Source: an uncultured Nitrososphaerota archaeon | Lineage (GTDB): Archaea; Thermoproteota; Methanomethylicia; Culexarchaeales; Culexmicrobiaceae | NCBI GenBank assembly: GCA_964462875.1 | Contig: CAYWZQ010000007.1 | Location: 325-64,324, forward strand | Length of the DNA stretch: 64,000 nucleotides | Direction of reading: 5' to 3' | The notes under the pieces: model-generated | Told to the model about the DNA's origin: nothing | What the model saw: the letters and a program-made list of their open reading frames with translations, nothing else | Database searches by the model: none | Position numbers and translations under genes: made by a program | Shown here: piece after piece, positions 1-9,517 of the stretch | Numbering within the stretch: position 1 is the first letter of the stretch | How the letters are laid out: each line of letters opens with the position of its first letter

Positions 1-146
1 TATCGTCTTAAGCGCTTAGATCTACCGAAACCGCAAGCTGCACAGTACTTCTTTCTTACATGATAGGCATGCCTACCGCAGCGCCTACATCTGATGTGAG
101 TTTTTCCTCTACCTCTCTTACCAAATGATGGTGTGCCTTTACCCAT
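1..146 (-). CDS. rpl37e: 50S ribosomal protein L37e (3' end runs off the window)
   Basis: Manual translation [48 protein letters not shown] with the L37e zinc finger; follows an Sm gene as is usual in archaea; absent from the ORF track. Confidence 0.95.
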   Translation of the reverse strand, partial: MGKGTPSFGKRGRGKTHIRCRRCGRHAYHVRKKYCAACGFGRSKRLRR

Positions 147-158
147 TTATTTCCCTCC

Positions 159-389
159 TCATGCTTCTGTTGGGGATATTAATACAACATTATCTCCTCT
201 AATTATTAGGATGCCAAGCTTCTTAGGTTCTTGCCCCTCAACTATTTCCTCCGCCTCCTCCAAGACTAAGTTTAAGTGCTGATCAAAGCTTTTAAGGATG
301 CCTCTAATTGATCTTCCACCTTTCAATTTAACTAATACTAATCCTCCCAAAGCTTTGGATAAAACCTCTGTCGTGGTCGCCTCTGCCAT
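159..389 (-). CDS. Sm-like (Lsm) protein SmAP1
   Basis: Sm1 motif G.L..FD.HLNLVL and Sm2 motif IIRGDNVV; linked to rpl37e. Confidence 0.95.
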   Translation of the reverse strand: MAEATTTEVLSKALGGLVLVKLKGGRSIRGILKSFDQHLNLVLEEAEEIVEGQEPKKLGILIIRGDNVVLISPTEA

Positions 390-489
390 TAACCATCACC
401 AGCCCTGCTGTCATGGTAAAGCAAAAGCTATAATTTAAAAGTAGCGGTTTGACAGTTAAAGAATGCGATTAACCCTGGAGAGGAACGCT

Positions 490-999
490 ATGAGAGTTAA
501 GCATAGACATGCCTTGAGGAGGAGAGATGTAAAAAATTTGATTGAGGAATTATCAAATAAATTCCCCGAACTACTTGAAGTAGTGGAAATTGAAGGTATT
601 AGGCATGCGAAAGTGGAACTACTAATAACAGATAAAGAACATGAAGTTTACGTGCTTGATGGTAAGCCAGTGATAATTAAATACTCCGAGATATTTTATC
701 CAACAATTGAGGTGGCTAATCAATATTCTAAAAGACTACCCCGAGTAGTTGTCGATAGAGGAGCGGTTCCCCACATTGCAAATGGCGCTGATGTAATGGC
801 ACCGGGAATAGTTAGGGTTGATGGAGCGTTCAGTGCGGGAGATATCGTGCTGATAGCTGAAGAGACCTATGGAAGAGTTATTGCCATTGGAAGAGCACTT
901 GTATCCTCAAATGAAATAGGTAGTAGGGGTAAGGTTGTTGAGAACCTGCATTACGTTGGAGATAGATTGTGGAGGCTGCTACGCGAAATTTATGGTTAA
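490..999 (+). CDS. PUA-domain RNA-binding protein (MCT-1/Tma20-like)
   Basis: VVVDRGAVPHIANGADVMAPGI PUA signature; C-terminal HYVGD.LW. Confidence 0.9.
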   Translation: MRVKHRHALRRRDVKNLIEELSNKFPELLEVVEIEGIRHAKVELLITDKEHEVYVLDGKPVIIKYSEIFYPTIEVANQYSKRLPRVVVDRGAVPHIANGADVMAPGIVRVDGAFSAGDIVLIAEETYGRVIAIGRALVSSNEIGSRGKVVENLHYVGDRLWRLLREIYG

Positions 1000-1012
1000 T
1001 TAATTTATTTGG

Positions 1013-2926
1013 CTACTTTAATCTAATGGTTTCAAGATTTCTAGGAGCATAAGCATCAACTTTAAATATTTGCTTAAGTGTTTCAGCTAGATTAACGGCC
1101 TTCGCCTCCTCTCCATGACAGACAATAACTCTCTCAGGTCTGGGAGTAACCCTCTTCATGAAACCAAGCAGCTGCCTCCTATCGCTATGACCAGAGAACC
1201 CTTGAATTGAATGAACCCTCATTTTCACTTGTATTATTTCGCTTTTACCAGCCCTACTCACTATTGGTATTTCCTTAACTCCACTCAAAACCCTTCTACC
1301 AAGAGTTCCCGCAATTTGATATGATACGAATATTATGGAGTTCCGCTCATCTGAGGCCATTAGCTTGAAGTATTCTAATGCTGGTCCACCAGTTAACATG
1401 CCTGAAGTAGCTAGGATAATGCATGGATCTCCCTCAACTATTTCTTCGCGATTAACTTTCGGTGGAAGCATTCGAAATGATTCACCGATAAAAGGGTTCT
1501 CATCTTCATGGAATATCTTCTCCTTCAACTGTCTAGATAGATTTTCCGGATAAGCCATGTGGATCGCAGTTGCCTCCTGAACCATACCCTCAATATATAC
1601 TGGAACCTTTGGCAGATACTTCATCTTAAGGGCCTCGTTTAAAACTATCATGATCTCTTGTGCACGACCAACTGATAGCACAGGTATTAGTACCTTGCCT
1701 CCTCGACTAATTGTCTGACTAACGATTTCTATGAGCTGGTGTTCAGCTTCAATTCTCTGTGGAAGCACGTCAGAGGGGGCACCGTAAGTGCTTTCTATAA
1801 TTAGCGTTTCAACTCTTGGAAAGACATATGAAGCAGGCTCGAGTAGGCGTGTTCTACCAAATTTAAAGTCGCTCGTGTAAACTAGATTGTGCTCACCTTC
1901 ACCTATGTGGAGATGAACCATTGCTGAACCCAAAATGTGGCCTGCATTATGGAATGTTAATCTCACATCAGGTGCGATGTCGGTTACCTCACCATAATCC
2001 AGTGGAATCGTATGTAAAAGTGCTTCTCTAACTTCCTTCATAGTATATGGGGTTAGGCCGCCCTCCCTTGCCGCTACCTCTAGATAATCTATTTGGAGGA
2101 GAGCCATAAGGTCTCTAGTCGGCTTTGTGCAGTATACTGGTCCATCATAGCCGTACTTAAATAGGAATGGTAAAAAGCCGCAGTGATCCAGATGTGCATG
2201 CGATATGACAACTGCATCAAGCTTTTCTATGTCGAACTCCGGAATATCGAGCCTTGGAAATTCATTTATTGAGTAGCCCACGCCAGTCTTGATTCCGCAA
2301 TCCAGCAGTATCATGCTTTCAGGTGTTTCCACTAATATAGCTGATCTACCAACCTCTCTAAATCCGCCGAGGCAAGTAATTCTTATGCTTCCGGACGAGA
2401 ATATTAGTGGCCTATGAATTCTGGCGCCAACACTCCTCAATATTCTCTTCCTACTTTCACTCTCAGCTATAGTTAATCTTCTAACCCAATCAAGAGTCGT
2501 CGACTTCATTGGACATGTCCGCGTAACTCTAGGCCTCCAACCTGTTTCTATCATTAATTTCCTAAGAATACCGCCATACTTGCTTATCATTAACCCAGGC
2601 TTGTCTACCTCAATAATAACCTCACCGAACGAGTCATCGAAAAATATGTTGCTTAGCTTTATTTCCTCCGGCATATTGGCTTTTATCGCTTCTTCAGTTA
2701 ACTCCTTCTTCTTTCTAATTGATGGATCACCTCTAACAACTATTCTCTTCTTGATTACCTTAGCTATCTTCTTAACTATAGACTCATCTTCGATTAGTAT
2801 CTTGGGATTGGCTGAATAAATTGCTATTTCGGGTCCTTCAAATTCAATTCTAGTAACTCTGGCCTCCAGTGGCACAGTCTTGAATATTACCTCTCTTATC
2901 ATTACCAGCGAATCCTCAAACACCAA
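1013..2926 (-). CDS. fttA: beta-CASP ribonuclease aCPSF1 / transcription termination factor FttA
   Basis: N-terminal KH domains (EFEGPEIAIY), SHAHLDH, AGHILGS, GFSGHSD; 637 aa; adjacent to proteasome beta gene. Confidence 0.95.
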   Translation of the reverse strand: MVFEDSLVMIREVIFKTVPLEARVTRIEFEGPEIAIYSANPKILIEDESIVKKIAKVIKKRIVVRGDPSIRKKKELTEEAIKANMPEEIKLSNIFFDDSFGEVIIEVDKPGLMISKYGGILRKLMIETGWRPRVTRTCPMKSTTLDWVRRLTIAESESRKRILRSVGARIHRPLIFSSGSIRITCLGGFREVGRSAILVETPESMILLDCGIKTGVGYSINEFPRLDIPEFDIEKLDAVVISHAHLDHCGFLPFLFKYGYDGPVYCTKPTRDLMALLQIDYLEVAAREGGLTPYTMKEVREALLHTIPLDYGEVTDIAPDVRLTFHNAGHILGSAMVHLHIGEGEHNLVYTSDFKFGRTRLLEPASYVFPRVETLIIESTYGAPSDVLPQRIEAEHQLIEIVSQTISRGGKVLIPVLSVGRAQEIMIVLNEALKMKYLPKVPVYIEGMVQEATAIHMAYPENLSRQLKEKIFHEDENPFIGESFRMLPPKVNREEIVEGDPCIILATSGMLTGGPALEYFKLMASDERNSIIFVSYQIAGTLGRRVLSGVKEIPIVSRAGKSEIIQVKMRVHSIQGFSGHSDRRQLLGFMKRVTPRPERVIVCHGEEAKAVNLAETLKQIFKVDAYAPRNLETIRLK

Positions 2927-2953
2927 TCCCTTTCCCTCACACGATGTGTAGAG

Positions 2954-3604
2954 CTAGGGGAGCTTGAATGGCAGTTTCTCGCATGGAAGCTCCACATACT
3001 TGCCACGCGATATCATCACTATATCGAAACCCCCACCGCTTGCCGGATCTCGTTTCATTGCAGCTTGTAATGCCCTCGCTACTACAGGTAATGCTTCCTC
3101 AATGGGCATATCACTTCTAAACAAGTCTTCTAATATGCCTATAGCCGTCGGCGAACCAGAACCAGTTGCCACGTATTTCTCCTCGGTTAGCGATCCAAAT
3201 GGATCTATAGCATAAAGTCTTGGACCAGTCATGTCGACTCCTCCAACTAGCACCTGCACTATATATGGGAGAAGTCTTGAACCCGCCAGTATGTTTGACA
3301 ATAGGGTTGCAGCTGATTTAACCTTCATGGGTAGCCCAGTATAGTACTTGTAGAGGCGGGCATTAGTACTCACTATATCCATTATTTGCTGGGCATCTGC
3401 AACAACACCAGCAATGGTAGCGGCCAGATGGTCATCTAGCCTATATATTTTCTTCGTCCTTTTATGCACAATTATGTGCCCCGATGTCACCCTTCTATCA
3501 GCTCCAAGAATAACACCATCCTTACAGACCACCCCAATGGTAGTGGTTCCAGTAACATATATTCCTGGTTGGGATTCCAAGTACCTATGAGGAGCATGAT
3601 GCAT
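2954..3604 (-). CDS. psmB: Proteasome beta subunit (catalytic type)
   Basis: Propeptide followed by TG|TTT, D.R, ATGSG, RDPASGG. Confidence 0.95.
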   Translation of the reverse strand: MHHAPHRYLESQPGIYVTGTTTIGVVCKDGVILGADRRVTSGHIIVHKRTKKIYRLDDHLAATIAGVVADAQQIMDIVSTNARLYKYYTGLPMKVKSAATLLSNILAGSRLLPYIVQVLVGGVDMTGPRLYAIDPFGSLTEEKYVATGSGSPTAIGILEDLFRSDMPIEEALPVVARALQAAMKRDPASGGGFDIVMISRGKYVELPCEKLPFKLP

Positions 3605-3704
3605 TTGAATTCCTCCGCAGAAGTTGGTTTTCCAGAAGCTTCGCTTAAAGAGAAGAGCATCAACTATTTAAGTGTTACTTTAAAATTCAACTTATTACTA
3701 ACTA

Positions 3705-4778
3705 ATGTTTTTGGGTAGTGATATCTTGAAAGTGCATGAGATAGAACTCCCTCAATACATACTTGTAGGCCATGGAGTACTAGAACTAGTTGGAAGCACA
3801 TGTAAGAAGCTGGGCATTGAAGGTTCAGTTGTAATAGTGTCCGGCCCAAATATTTGGGGAGTAGTGAAGAGCAGAATCATGGGGGGAATTGAAGAAGAAA
3901 AATTGAACCCAGTAGTTTATACTGCCAAAAAACCCTCATTGGATGAGGTTGAGGATGTCAGGAAAGTAATTAAAGAGGTTAAAGCTAGGGCGGTGATAGG
4001 TGTCGGAGGAGGGAAGGCAATAGATGTGGCCAAGCTATCATCTTATGAGGAAGGAATTCCCTTTATAAGCGTGCCAACAGCTGCAAGCCATGATGGAATA
4101 GCTTCACCAAGAGCTTCACTTAAGGGATTAAGTAGGCCGACATCAATCTCGGCGCACCCACCAGTGGCAGTGGTAGCTGATGTAGATGTAATAATGAAAG
4201 CACCTTATAGGCTAATAGCTAGTGGATGTGGCGATATTATTGCCAAGCTAACTGCAGTCAAGGATTGGAGATTAGCGCATAAGCTGAAGGGAGAGTACTA
4301 TGGAGAGTATTCTGCATCTCTTGCTCTAATGTCAGCCAATCTCGTATCGAGGCATGCCGAGTATATACCGCAATTAATGCCGGAAAGCATTAGAACAGTG
4401 ATTGAGGCATTGATAAGTTGCGGCATTGCAATGTGCATTGCAGGTACAAGTAGACCATGCAGTGGTTCCGAACATCTCTTCAGTCATGCCCTGGACATTG
4501 TAGCTAAGAAACCAGCACTACATGGCGAGCAATGCGGTGTGGGTACAATAATGATGATGTACCTTCATGGAGGGAACTGGAAGAAAGTAAAGAAAACCCT
4601 AAAAACCATTGGTGCTCCAGTAACAGCTAAGGAGCTGGGAGTAAGCGATTATGAAGTAATTAAAGCTCTAACTATAGCTCATAAAATTAGACCTGAGAGA
4701 TATACGATACTCGGAGCAAACGGCTTATCATGGGAGGCTGCTGAGAAACTTGCAAAGATTACAGGGGTCATCGACTAG
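3705..4778 (+). CDS. egsA: sn-glycerol-1-phosphate dehydrogenase
   Basis: GGGKAIDVAK, PTAASHDGIAS, SRPCSGSEHLFSHALD, LHGEQ; true start may be a few codons downstream. Confidence 0.95.
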   Translation: MFLGSDILKVHEIELPQYILVGHGVLELVGSTCKKLGIEGSVVIVSGPNIWGVVKSRIMGGIEEEKLNPVVYTAKKPSLDEVEDVRKVIKEVKARAVIGVGGGKAIDVAKLSSYEEGIPFISVPTAASHDGIASPRASLKGLSRPTSISAHPPVAVVADVDVIMKAPYRLIASGCGDIIAKLTAVKDWRLAHKLKGEYYGEYSASLALMSANLVSRHAEYIPQLMPESIRTVIEALISCGIAMCIAGTSRPCSGSEHLFSHALDIVAKKPALHGEQCGVGTIMMMYLHGGNWKKVKKTLKTIGAPVTAKELGVSDYEVIKALTIAHKIRPERYTILGANGLSWEAAEKLAKITGVID

Positions 4779-4782
4779 CATA

Positions 4783-5208
4783 GTGACTTTGATTGGTGAA
4801 AAGCTCGCGAAGAAAGGATTAAAATTTATTCATGAAGGAGGAGCTGAGGAATGCGTGAAATGCATGCTTAGAAAAATTTGCGTTGAAAAACTTAAGAAAG
4901 GGAGAGCATATGAAATAGTTAATGTTAGAAGAAAAAAGCATTTATGTCCGGTGCATGGGAAAGTTGTGGTTGTTGAAGTTAGGTATACGAGTATTGAAGC
5001 AGCAATTAAATCGAGATTTGCCATTGAAAACATGATAGTGAGATTTAGTCCAGTTAAATGTAATGAAGAATGCAAGTTCAAAAGTTTGTGCCAGCCTGAG
5101 GGGCTGTATGATGGAGATAGAGTGAAAATTGAAAAACTAATGGGAAAAATTGATTGCCCAAGGAAGTTGAAGCTCATTAGAGCTAAACTTATCCTTCTGC
5201 CCGACTAG
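4783..5208 (+). CDS. UPF0179 family protein
   Basis: VTLIG..LA..G..F start with Cys-rich motifs; usual egsA neighbour. Confidence 0.8.
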   Translation: MTLIGEKLAKKGLKFIHEGGAEECVKCMLRKICVEKLKKGRAYEIVNVRRKKHLCPVHGKVVVVEVRYTSIEAAIKSRFAIENMIVRFSPVKCNEECKFKSLCQPEGLYDGDRVKIEKLMGKIDCPRKLKLIRAKLILLPD

Positions 5209-5902
5209 CCTCCTCCCTCTTAAACTCGTATTTTTCCACAAATCTAACGGACCTAATTTCGGGGAAGAACTTCTCTATATCCCTAGCTATACCTCTCTTA
5301 GCATACTGGAGGCCCTCAATGAAATATGCTTCCTCCGGCACTTCTATCGTTACGACGCCACTTCTAATCCTTACATCAAATTTTTCCACTGGAACTCTAG
5401 GTATGCGCCTATGTATCAGAGCTAAAATTTTCTCCTTACTACTCTCTAGCTTCCTCACTATTTTGACGTTATACACTAGGGTTTTTCCGGCCAATGGGTG
5501 ATTGAAATCAACTACTACTCTACCCCCTCCAACGCTTCTAATCACAGCTGGTCGACCGTCCAGCTCAATTCTGGCTCCAGGTCTTGGAGTTATTCCTCTT
5601 CTAGTAAGCTCTCTTGCAGGTATGATCTTCACTTTTGATGGATCTCTAGGTCCAAATGCTTTTTCAGGTGGAAGCTCTATAGTTTTCTGCTCTCCTGGAT
5701 TCATTTTCATTAGCTCCTCTTCTAAGCCATCTAGAATCCATCCCTCTCCAAATACAACAAGCATTGGTTCGTAAATTTCATCTTCACGATAAATGTTTTC
5801 CTTCTTGGCCACCTCTTCGATTGTCAAATCAAAAATCTCTCCAGTTTCCTTCACTCTTGCAACGAAGTCTATCAGTATAAAGTCTCCTTTAGCGAAAGGC
5901 AT
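5189..5902 (-). CDS. Long-type archaeal FKBP peptidyl-prolyl isomerase (SlyD-like)
   Basis: LPPEKAFG.RD, GGRVVVDFNHPLAGK.L. Confidence 0.93.
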   Translation of the reverse strand: MPFAKGDFILIDFVARVKETGEIFDLTIEEVAKKENIYREDEIYEPMLVVFGEGWILDGLEEELMKMNPGEQKTIELPPEKAFGPRDPSKVKIIPARELTRRGITPRPGARIELDGRPAVIRSVGGGRVVVDFNHPLAGKTLVYNVKIVRKLESSKEKILALIHRRIPRVPVEKFDVRIRSGVVTIEVPEEAYFIEGLQYAKRGIARDIEKFFPEIRSVRFVEKYEFKREEASRAEG

Positions 5903-5976
5903 GCTGATCACCTTATGCACCAGAACTTAATTTGAGAGTTAAATTAATTTTTTCGCATTCGCAAACTCTACTTGCC

Positions 5977-6210
5977 ATGTGCTTAGCAGTTCCAGCCAAG
6001 GTAATATCAGTTAGCGGAGATACAGCCAAAGTGGATTTTGGAGGAATTCAGAGAGAGGTTGTTATAGCATTAATAGAGAATGACTTGAAGCCAGGAGACT
6101 ATGTTATGGTTCATGCTGGCTTTGCAATAGAAAAGATAGATGAAAAAACTGCATTAAGCATATTAGAGCTTTGGCGGGAAATACTAGATACTTCAGCAAT
6201 TCAAGGTTAA
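5977..6210 (+). CDS. hypC: [NiFe]-hydrogenase maturation chaperone HypC/HupF
   Basis: N-terminal MCLAVPAKV and GDYVMVHAGFAI; start moved to the ATG before the Cys. Confidence 0.95.
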   Translation: MCLAVPAKVISVSGDTAKVDFGGIQREVVIALIENDLKPGDYVMVHAGFAIEKIDEKTALSILELWREILDTSAIQG

Positions 6211-6236
6211 TTATTAGAGGAGTATCGGATTAACTG

Positions 6237-6803
6237 CTATATGTGTATAACCTTGTTTTCATGAAGCCTAAAGCATTCAGTATGTCTAATTAGCTTAGAA
6301 GCCCTAAGCTCATAAAGTTCAATGAGCACATTTTGCTCCCTAAAGTGCATTATCATGAGGCTGGGAATTAGAGAGCCTCCTCCACCACCCCAGCAACCAG
6401 TTGCACTACCAGGGTTCAATAGCAGCACTCCTTCTTTCAAATCTATAAATGGAGCATGAGTATGACCTGAAATTAGAATATTGACATTTAAGCTTCGAGC
6501 TATTTTCAGTAATTTCTCCCTGTCGCCTCGCGGATAAACTTGATGACCATGAATAAGCCCTATTTTAAAACCATTGACTTTCAGTTTCCGTTTAAGAGGG
6601 GATGAGGCAAAGAAGTCCATATTACCAACAACCCAAATTGTCCTAGCTATTCCCTCTAACTTTCTCAGTACTCTTTCCTCAACAAAGTCTCCGGTACATA
6701 GTATCAGCTCTATATCAGTTTTCATAATGATTTCCCTTAATTTTTCGGGAATATTTCTGGCTCTAGTTGGTATGTGAAAATCGCCTATCACTAGGATACT
6801 CAT
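6237..6803 (-). CDS. YfcE/MJ0936-type metallophosphoesterase, Vps29-like
   Basis: GDFHIP, CTGD, GNMD, IHGH, SGHTH, NPGS motifs. Confidence 0.9.
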   Translation of the reverse strand: MSILVIGDFHIPTRARNIPEKLREIIMKTDIELILCTGDFVEERVLRKLEGIARTIWVVGNMDFFASSPLKRKLKVNGFKIGLIHGHQVYPRGDREKLLKIARSLNVNILISGHTHAPFIDLKEGVLLLNPGSATGCWGGGGGSLIPSLMIMHFREQNVLIELYELRASKLIRHTECFRLHENKVIHI

Positions 6804-6843
6804 ATCTCGAAAATTTAATTTTTAACTTAAAAAATATTTGTTT

Positions 6844-6911
6844 TGCGTGGATGATGAGCTGGCTGAGCGCTTACGATTAAGTATGACGAAAGTTAAAAGC
6901 TCTGACACGCA
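6844..6911 (+). ncRNA. C/D-box methylation guide sRNA, predicted to target tRNA-Lys
   Basis: Terminal stem TGCGTG/CACGCA; C box ATGATGA 6851-6857; D' CTTA 6870-6873; C' ATGACGA 6883-6889; D box CTGA 6902-6905; two 12-nt guides; intergenic with AT-rich upstream DNA. Confidence 0.85.
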
Positions 6912-6915
6912 TCAA

Positions 6916-8016
6916 TTACTTAACTGTATGGCTGAAATGTGAAACCGCATCTTCAATAGCCGATAGAGTTCTTGAAACAATGTCTAGCGATACTATTCCC
7001 ATGCAACCTATCCGTATTACCTTTCCCTTCAATCTGCCCATTCCACCCGCAATTATGATTTCATGCTTTTCTCTCACAAACTTTCTTATTTGGTCTGGTT
7101 GAAGGTTGTTCGGTGGGATAGACACTATCACAGTGTTCGATCTGAAATCCTCTCTTGGGTAAATTTTAAACCCCAGCTCTTCGAGACCTGAATACATTGC
7201 CCTAGCGCACTTTCTGTGTCTCTCTATCCTATTTTCTAAGCCCTCCTTTTTTATCAATTCAAGAGCAGCATCGAGCGCGTAGAACAATGGAATTGCCGGC
7301 GTGAATGGAGTTTCCCTTTTCTCATGGAATTGCTTCAATTTAATGAAATCAAAGTAGAAGCTGCCACGCCTCGGTCTTTCGCTTGCCACTTTGAGAGCTT
7401 TATTACTAACTGATATTAAAGCTAGGCCAGGCGGACAGGCCAGGCACTTTTGGCTTCCAGTAATGCACACATCAATATTCCATTTATCAACGGGTAATAA
7501 ATCTCCGCCTAGAATGGAAATAGCATCAACTATGAAGAGCATGTCTTTCATAGAGGTAAGCTTCCCAATTTTCTCCATATCCTCGCTTCTAACTTTGGCT
7601 CCTGTTGAAGTCTCGTTATATACTAATGCTACTGCCTTGGCATCCTTATGCTCGTTAACGGCTTCCTCGATTTGCTCATATGAAGCAGCAGAGCCCCAAT
7701 CAACAACTACCTTGATTGGTTTGCCCCCATATATTTCGATGCACTCGCAAAGCCTTTCAGAGAAAACCCCGCCAACAGGTACTATGACTTTATCACCACG
7801 TGAAATTAAATTGCTTATTGCACATTCAACGCCACCTGTACCAGATGATGTAAGTACGAAAACATCATTTTCAGTTTGGAAAACGTACTTTAAGTTCTCG
7901 GAAATTCTTGAATATAGCCTATGAAATTCCTCGCCCCTATGACCTATTATCGGCTTGGTCATGGCCTCAATCACTTCATTTGGAACATTTGTTGGGCCAG
8001 GGAGCATTATTAGCAT
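6916..8016 (-). CDS. Class V PLP aminotransferase (serine-pyruvate/alanine-glyoxylate type)
   Basis: MLPGPT, HR..EF, YNETSTG, VDAIS, GSQKCL..PPG. Confidence 0.92.
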   Translation of the reverse strand: MLIMLPGPTNVPNEVIEAMTKPIIGHRGEEFHRLYSRISENLKYVFQTENDVFVLTSSGTGGVECAISNLISRGDKVIVPVGGVFSERLCECIEIYGGKPIKVVVDWGSAASYEQIEEAVNEHKDAKAVALVYNETSTGAKVRSEDMEKIGKLTSMKDMLFIVDAISILGGDLLPVDKWNIDVCITGSQKCLACPPGLALISVSNKALKVASERPRRGSFYFDFIKLKQFHEKRETPFTPAIPLFYALDAALELIKKEGLENRIERHRKCARAMYSGLEELGFKIYPREDFRSNTVIVSIPPNNLQPDQIRKFVREKHEIIIAGGMGRLKGKVIRIGCMGIVSLDIVSRTLSAIEDAVSHFSHTVK

Positions 8017-8083
8017 AGCAGCATTCACCTCGACATCATGTTTATGTGAGTTAAATCATTAAAACTTATTGCAGGTGTTGCCG

Positions 8084-8884
8084 ATGAGAGCCAATGTAAT
8101 AACCTTATTAACAGATTTTGGAAGCAAAGACCCTTATGTTGCCGCAATGAAAGGGGTTATAATAAGCATTGCACCGCATGTTAGGTTAGTTGATATAACT
8201 CATGAAATCAGCAAGTTCAATGTCATTGAGGGAGCATTTGTGCTGGCATCAGCAGCCAAGTATTTTCCTAAAGGTACAATTCATGTGGGGGTAGTTGATC
8301 CCGGTGTTGGAACGAAGAGAAGAGCCATAATCGTATCTACAAAGAGCTATTTGTTCGTGGGCCCAGATAATGGCTTACTCATGCTTGCTGCAAATAATGA
8401 GGAATTATTAGGTGTTTATGAAATAGTAAATCCGAAATACATGCTCAGAGACATATCATCAACATTTCACGGTCGAGATATCTTCGCACCAGTAGCGGCA
8501 CACTTGGCAAATGGGGTGCAACCTGAGGAGATTGGGAAAAAAGTGGAGGACTATGTTAAATTACCATTTCCAGAACCTAAGGTACGCGAATATCAAGTAA
8601 GCGGTAGGGTCATTTATATCGACGGTTTTGGAAACATAGTCACTAATATTTGCAGGGAAATAATTAATGAACTGGGAATTAAAAAAGGAGACATAATTCA
8701 CGTAAAAATTGGAGAACATGTTCTTAGACTGCCCTTCTATAAATCTTATGGTTATGTGCAAAAGGGAGAGCTTCTTGCCTTAATAGATAGCTATAATATG
8801 CTTGAAATAGCAGTCAACATGGGTAATGCTGCTAAGAGATTGAAGATAAATGTTGGAGACGAAGTTTGTATTGAAGTTCAATGA
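8084..8884 (+). CDS. SAM hydroxide adenosyltransferase (DUF62, chlorinase/fluorinase family)
   Basis: TLLTDFG..D.Y, VVDPGVGT.R, GPDNG, STFHGRDIFAP, D.FGN. Confidence 0.93.
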   Translation: MRANVITLLTDFGSKDPYVAAMKGVIISIAPHVRLVDITHEISKFNVIEGAFVLASAAKYFPKGTIHVGVVDPGVGTKRRAIIVSTKSYLFVGPDNGLLMLAANNEELLGVYEIVNPKYMLRDISSTFHGRDIFAPVAAHLANGVQPEEIGKKVEDYVKLPFPEPKVREYQVSGRVIYIDGFGNIVTNICREIINELGIKKGDIIHVKIGEHVLRLPFYKSYGYVQKGELLALIDSYNMLEIAVNMGNAAKRLKINVGDEVCIEVQ

Positions 8885-9424
8885 TCACGCTTTCACACGG
8901 TCTTTTAGGGATAGAGTTTTTAGGCGCTCGACTCCCCCAATAGACTTAATGTAGGAAGCTACGGATGGAGGGACAAGTTTTTCCCAGTTCTCACCAGCTA
9001 TGATGCGTCGTCTAACTTCTGTTGCTGAGAAAGTCTCTCTATTAAAGTACGGTATTCCCTTAACTTCAAAGCCGGCCTCTATGAATAGTCTTCTTGTAAG
9101 AGGATCATTTGAAAAAACAACTTCGAATTTGGGAGTATAGCTGAGTACTCTTGAAACCCACTCAGCATGTACTCCATTGGTGTCGGGTACTGGCACAATT
9201 ATATATTTCTCACAGGAGATTCCAGCTTCTCTTAACGCTAACCTAATCATTTCGATACGCTCGCCAGCTGTAAATGGGTTTTTCAGTGTGTGACTATACT
9301 GGGCGCTTCCTAAAATGATTATTAGCTCATTAACCCTTGACAGTATGTATTCGATACACTTTAAATGACCATTGTGAAATGGTTGAAAGCGGCCGACATA
9401 TGCCCCTCTACTCCAAGCAGTCAC
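8885..9424 (-). CDS. nadM: Nicotinamide-nucleotide adenylyltransferase
   Basis: GRFQPFHNGH, GSAQ.SH...NPFTAGER, SATEVR. Confidence 0.93.
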   Translation of the reverse strand: MTAWSRGAYVGRFQPFHNGHLKCIEYILSRVNELIIILGSAQYSHTLKNPFTAGERIEMIRLALREAGISCEKYIIVPVPDTNGVHAEWVSRVLSYTPKFEVVFSNDPLTRRLFIEAGFEVKGIPYFNRETFSATEVRRRIIAGENWEKLVPPSVASYIKSIGGVERLKTLSLKDRVKA

Positions 9425-9517
9425 GCTTATAAGCCCCGAAGAGAAATTCTCTATGCCACCATTTTAATGTTCATGCTAAATTTCACCTTTAAACATGAAG
9501 AAGCGTGGTGAAAGTGC

